In this document: piece after piece, positions 35,214-40,208 of the stretch
Layout of the letters: every line of letters starts with the position of its first letter
Position numbering within the stretch: position 1 is the first letter of the stretch
DNA from: Octopus bimaculoides
Lineage: Eukaryota
Length of the DNA stretch: 40,208 bases
NCBI RefSeq assembly: GCF_001194135.2
Contig: NC_068986.1
Coordinates: 61,159,321 to 61,199,528 of the forward strand
Direction: 5' to 3'
Translations under genes and position numbers: made by a program
The notes under the pieces: generated by a model
What the model was told of the DNA's origin: nothing
Seen by the model: the letters and a program-made list of their open reading frames with translations, nothing else
Database searches by the model: none

Positions 35214-37466
35214 CATTAGGTTGTCAAGAAAGTTCTTGCAGAATTTAAAATTTTGGTTTTAAATGATGTATTTTCAAATTAATTTTCGTTAAATTACTAT
35301 GACTTTATATATCATTTTAAAGCCCATTTTTCGCTCTGTCTAATCATGTTATTCTTTTTCTTTTTGAATAATTAGATCATTTTTTCCAGAACATTAAATA
35401 CAACATGGACAAAATGCAAATTCGCACAATTTTCTTATTCCAGTTCAAGCTAGGCTGAAAAGCTGCTGAAACAGCTCGCAATATCAACAATGCATTTGGT
35501 CCAGGAACCACTAATGAACATACAGCACAATGGTGCTTCAAGAAATTTTGTAGCGGTGATGGGAATCTTGAAGATGATAAGCATAGTGGTCAGCCATCAG
35601 ATGTTGACAATGATCAACTAAGAGCCTTAATCGAAGCCAATTCACGCACAACTGTTCAAGAGCTTGCTTCTGAATTAGACGTAATCATCATCATCATCAT
35701 CATCATCGTTTAACGTCCGCTTTCCATGCTAGCATGGGTTGGACGATTTGACTGAGGACTGGTGAAACCGGATGGCAACACCAGGCTCCAGTCTGATTTG
35801 GCAGAGTTTCTACAGCTGGATGCCCTTCCNNNNNNNNNNNNNNNNNNNNNNNNNNNNNNNNNNNNNNNNNNNNNNNNNNNNNNNNNNNNNNNNNNNNNNN
35901 NNNNNNNNNNNNNNNNNNNNNNNNNNNNNNNNNNNNNNNNNNNNNNNNNNNNNNNNNNNNNNNNNNNNNNNNNNNNNNNNNNNNNNNNNNNNNNNNNNNN
36001 NNNNNNNNNNNNNNNNNNNNNNNNNNNNNNNNNNNNNNNNNNNNNNNNNNNNNNNNNNNNNNNNNNNNNNNNNNNNNNNNNNNNNNNNNNNNNNNNNNNN
36101 NNNNNNNNNNNNNNNNNNNNNNNNNNNNNNNNNNNNNNNNNNNNNNNNNNNNNNNNNNNNNNNNNNNNNNNNNNNNNNNNNNNNNNNNNNNNNNNNNNNN
36201 NNNNNNNNNNNNNNNNNNNNNNNNNNNNNNNNNNNNNNNNNNNNNNNNNNNNNNNNNNNNNNNNNNNNNNNNNNNNNNNNNNNNNNNNNNNNNNNNNNNN
36301 NNNNNNNNNNNNNNNNNNNNNNNNNNNNNNNNNNNNNNNNNNNNNNNNNNNNNNNNNNNNNNNNNNNNNNNNNNNNNNNNNNNNNNNNNNNNNNNNNNNN
36401 NNNNNNNNNNNNGACGGGTATTCACATTGACATTACACATCCAACGGAGCATACTGGCTTCATTCCTTGCGAGCTTACGTATGTCCTCAGCAGTTACAGC
36501 CCATGTTTCACTGCCATGTAGCATGGTTGTTCGTACGCATGCGTCATACAGTCTGCCTTTTACTCTGAGTGAGAGTCCCTTTGTCGCCAGCAGGGGTAAG
36601 AGCTCTCTAAACTTTGCCCAGGCTATTCTTATTCTAGCAGCTACACTTTCAGCGCACCCACCCCCACTACTAACTTGGTCGCCCAGATAGCGGAAGCTAT
36701 CGACTACCTCTAGTTTTTCACCCTGGAATGAGATAGAAGTTGTTTCCTGTTTGTTTGCAGTCTTTATTGCACCTGAACATGTATACAATAATTTCCAACC
36801 ACTTGAAAGAGATTGGGAAAACTAAAATACTTGAGAAATGGGTGCCACACGAATTGAACGACAACCAAAAAAAACACTGTTTTGAAGTGTCATCTTCCCT
36901 TCTTTAACACAACAAGAATGACCCGTTTCTTGACCAGATTGTGACTTCCAACGAAAAGTAAATTCTTTACGACAACCAGCAATGCTCAGCTCAGTGGTTG
37001 GACGCCGACGAAGCTCCACGGCACTTCCCGAAGCCAAAGTTGCATCAAAAGAAGGTCATGGTGATTGTTCGGTGGTCTGCAGCAGGTCTCATCCATCACA
37101 GCTTTTTGGATCCAGGCGAAACCTTTATGGCGGATCTGTACTGTCAGCAAATAGATGAAATGCATAAGAAACTCTGACAATAACAGCCAGCATTGGTCAA
37201 TAGAAAAGGACCAATTCTTCTCCACAACAACGCTCATGAGAAATGCTTCAAAAACCAAGACGATGCCAAACACACCTTCAACGACTTCGTTGTCACCAGA
37301 ACACAGGATTTTTACACTACTGGCATAAATAAACTTGTTTCGTGTTGGCAAAAGTGTGTTGATTCTGATGGTGTTTATTTCGATTAATAAAGTTTTGTTT
37401 GAGTCAAGATATGTGCATGTGAATTTAAAGGTTAAAAACTGCAAGAACTTTCTTGACAACCTAATA
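35214..37466 (+). mobile_element. Complete-ended mariner (Hsmar1/SETMAR-like transposase), interrupted by an RTE and internally deleted
   Basis: 28-bp TIRs at 35214-35241 and 37439-37466 (27/28 identical), with TA on both sides. Transposase starts at ATG 35405: MDKMQIRTIFLFQFKLG*KAAETARNINNAFG...ELDV | ISNHLKEIGK...KWVPHEL...FLDQIVTSNEK*ILYDN...PILLHNNA | HEKCFKNQ...CVDSDGVYFD*. Confidence 0.95.
35684..36780 (-). mobile_element. 5'-truncated RTE LINE inserted in the mariner transposase
   Basis: (ATC)n tail from 35684. The minus-strand ORF reads CSGAIK...FQGEKLEVVDSFRYLGDQVSSGGG...LYDACVRTTMLHGSETWAV. The middle lies in gap 35830-36412. Same family as 5717-7144. Confidence 0.93.
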
Positions 37467-38111
37467 TATATTTTTCCTAACATTTTTATCCCCCAACACC
37501 TTCCTTCTGTACATAAGAATATACAAGTGCCCATGAGTGCATACACACCTACTAGATACTACAGGCACACAAAAAATATGAATGTGTGCACTAATATGCA
37601 CTTGTATAGTTTTAAGATTAAGCAATACCCTACCAACTTTAGATCTACTATGTTCTACTGATCAAAAATATTATCTTCCACCTCTCTCTCTCTTTTTCTC
37701 CCCTTCTCCTAACAAATTCTAAATTAATACCACTCCTTTTATTTGATTTTGCTTAAATGTATTTACAGGGTGCTACAATATATTTACTTATTTATTCTAC
37801 AGTAGATCCAGTAAATGCACCAGCTTAAATTCACAAAAACATTTCCCTAGTCAGCTAGTCAGCTTCAATAATCCCTAATTTTGGATATGTGTGTATATAT
37901 ATATAAATATCCAAGAATGTAAGGAATAAAAAAGGTAAATAAAGATTACAAATGTTTTATAGCTAAAACCATGTTTGTTTCATAACTTGTAACACACATA
38001 AAACCTGCTTAGCTAATCTTCAGGTGATTTATACTGTAATATAGAGAGGAGTAAAACAGACAGACATACAGGATAGACAGACAGGCATATGTACACACAC
38101 ACACATAATGT

Positions 38112-38153
38112 TTGGACCATTACACAATATGCGCATATAATGTAATGGTCCAA
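38112..38153. other. 42-bp near-perfect palindrome
   Basis: TTGGACCATTACA-CA-ATATGC|GCATAT-AA-TGTAATGGTCCAA, with 19 of 21 positions complementary. Confidence 0.9.
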
Positions 38154-38524
38154 GCAGTATATTCAGTATGAATAGATGCAAGTGGTTTGATTATCATCAG
38201 TTGGTTCATTATAATTTTTCACGAGATTGTTTACATTTTGTTATATTTGATTTTCTAAACATATAACACTTAACATTGAAAGAAGTGCTGTAGAGCAGGT
38301 CAAAACTACTTGACAAACATAACATTGTCATATGTCTTCAAATACCAGTTGAAGTCATTTTATCACACTAGTGCTTCTACCACCTTTGTGATTGACTAGT
38401 TTTAAAAATACCTTTGGAGAAAAAGCAAGGAGGGCAACCATATTTACCCCCACAATACAGACTAGAATATATCTACATTAGTACATCTACCATTTTATGC
38501 TGTAACATTATTCCTACTCAGTCT

Positions 38525-38835
38525 TCATTCACTAACTATTCAAGAATGGAACTGGTAACATCCACTATTCCTAGCCATGGATTACCATCAAACATTCTTA
38601 TTTGAAATTGCTAATAGACCTTAATGGGCCTCATTCACTAACTATTCAAGAATGGAACTGGTAACTTCCATTATTCCTAGCCATGGATTACCATCAAACA
38701 TTCTTATCTGAAATTGCTAATGGACCTTAATGGACCTCATTCACTAACTATTCAAGAATAAAACTGGTAACTTCCACTATTCCTAGCCATGGATTATCAT
38801 CAAACATTCTTATCTGAAATTGCTAATGGACCTTA
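38525..38835. repeat. Tandem repeat, 2.9 x 106 bp
   Basis: Copies start at 38525, 38631 and 38737. Differences are 5/106 (copy 1 vs 2) and 4/99 (copy 2 vs 3). Confidence 0.95.
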
Positions 38836-39302
38836 CCTATAACTTTATTTATTTGTTCATGGAACTGTGTAACACATACCTATTTTACTCTGATCCTTCC
38901 TTCATTTCTGACAAACTGGAATATACTAATATCCTTGATAGGGGATATTTCTTCATTTTTACATTTCTGTAACTTCTCCCTCTCTGATAATGGAATATTC
39001 AGCTTATGGAATCCTTACTCAATATCAAAATCAACATGCTTGGCTATTCTAGAAACAGTTGTAACTAAATTAAATGTTTTTTGGAGTGATGTTACACATT
39101 TTGCTTTTTCCTTTTTCATTTTATTAAATCAAGAGAGGATACCTTGCTATACTTGCATGGCTAATGCAGATAGGTCATATGTTCTACTCTACAGCAGGTA
39201 ATTTGTTGTGCTTCTGGAGAAAACACTTTAATTTACATCAATTTAATACACAAATTTTGTCAGGAATTGACAACAAATCATCCGAGAAAGTTACTTACAA
39301 TA

Positions 39303-39480
39303 GAAGGATGGCTGTTTAGTTAAGAAGTATACCTCATAACACATGGTTAAAGTTTTCTAGTTTCAAGCCCACTGCACAACATTGGCAAGTATCTTCTGCC
39401 ATTACCTAGAATTGGCTAATGCTTTGTGAATGGAAGTTGGCAGGCAAAAACTATGCAAAAGTCACTTATGTGTGTGTGTA
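39303..39480 (+). mobile_element. Old, diverged SINE head (family of 22060)
   Basis: ggatggctgtttagttaag...aacacatggt...ttcaagccccactgcacaacattggcaagtatcttct...gctttgtgaatggaagttggcag aligns with 22066-22200 and ends in (TG)n. Confidence 0.6.
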
Positions 39481-39509
39481 TTATATACGTAATATTTGTA
39501 ACCATAGCA

Positions 39510-40160
39510 TCAGCTTTCGTCACCAGTGATGACCTTCATAAAAAGGTCCAGATCAACTTTCAACTGTTCTTTCAGTTCACAACATGAATTCAGTTGTAAC
39601 TGCTTTTAATCTTCTGAGAGTAACAAGGCACAAATTTTTCTGCAACTCTTTTCAATCACAATCCCTTGCTCAAAGTTTGTTGGCAGGAGCTCTAGGAAAC
39701 ATCAGTCATATCTACAAGTTCTTTGGTGATGGTCCTCCAAGAACAGTTCATGAATTTTCATGATGTTTCCATTCATTCAGGAGGTTGACAGTCACTCTGA
39801 ACAGGGTTGGTCTTCAAGCAACAGTTGACCATTCCTAAAGTGTGAAAACCACTTGTAAACTTGTGTTTTGCTTATGACAGCATCCTTGTAAGTTGTTTGA
39901 AGCATGACAATTGTTTCAGCAGTAAACAGAATTTTGTTGAAGTACACTGTTCCTTCATTTCAGCCATTGCAAAAATCAACAAACCAGGAAAAGCACTGCA
40001 AAGCAAAGCACACCACATGGCAGTACACCTTCATTCATCGCCACTACTGAACAGCCTGATGCCCGAGAGTCACATCAAATGGCTTCTAGCAGGAGAAGCC
40101 TGAACTACAATGCACTTATCCCACAAAGAATGTTTCCAGTTACTTTGGGGTACCTCGTCG

Positions 40161-40162
<2 letters not shown>
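39510..40162 (-). mobile_element. mariner 5' half (third lineage), degraded
   Basis: The minus strand gives MKEQ..TKFC.../...RTI.ELVDMT.VS.SSCQQTL...LKRVAEKFVP.../...DPDLFMKVITGDES (RVAAKFVP and first-D GDESW equivalents). A TIR-like end TACGACGAGGTACCCCAAAGTAAC lies at 40139-40162, next to (TA)n. Confidence 0.7.

Positions 40163-40163
<1 letters not shown>

Positions 40164-40208
<45 letters not shown>
40164..40208. repeat. (TA)n microsatellite
   Basis: Direct run to the end of the window. Confidence 0.97.

Noticed and set aside
38870-39213. Minus-strand frame with one stop (MKKEKAKC...RNEGRIRVK) and a 71-bp splice-flanked segment at 39143-39213
   Set aside because: The 71-bp segment has stops in all three frames and the longer peptide matches no family I recognise.

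Overview
AT-rich, repeat-dense eukaryotic DNA. The SINE families, (ATC)n-tailed RTE LINEs and abundant microsatellites look like an octopod cephalopod genome; this is recognition, not a database result. I found no intact host gene and no prokaryotic features. There are four assembly gaps (3410-3890, 7818-7827, 22202-22742, 35830-36412). Much of the window is decayed and often nested transposable elements. From left to right: (1) a Helitron 3' end; (2) a ~4.8 kb hAT transposon with both TIRs and an 8-bp TSD, inserted in a SINE and itself carrying a piggyBac fragment and a MULE-like MITE that contains another SINE; (3) several RTE LINE copies, including a deletion derivative with a 42-bp tandem array; (4) one Tc1 and three mariner remnants; (5) two nested minus-strand Gypsy elements; (6) Penelope-like fragments; (7) a Charlie-type hAT remnant; (8) a full-length plus-strand Gypsy with both LTRs about 10% diverged, with about 40% of the differences at CpG sites. 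One plausible 51-bp internal exon and the CpG decay hint that the window may lie inside a large methylated host gene. I found no convincing novel multi-gene system. The most interesting signals are TE architecture and evolutionary footprints.
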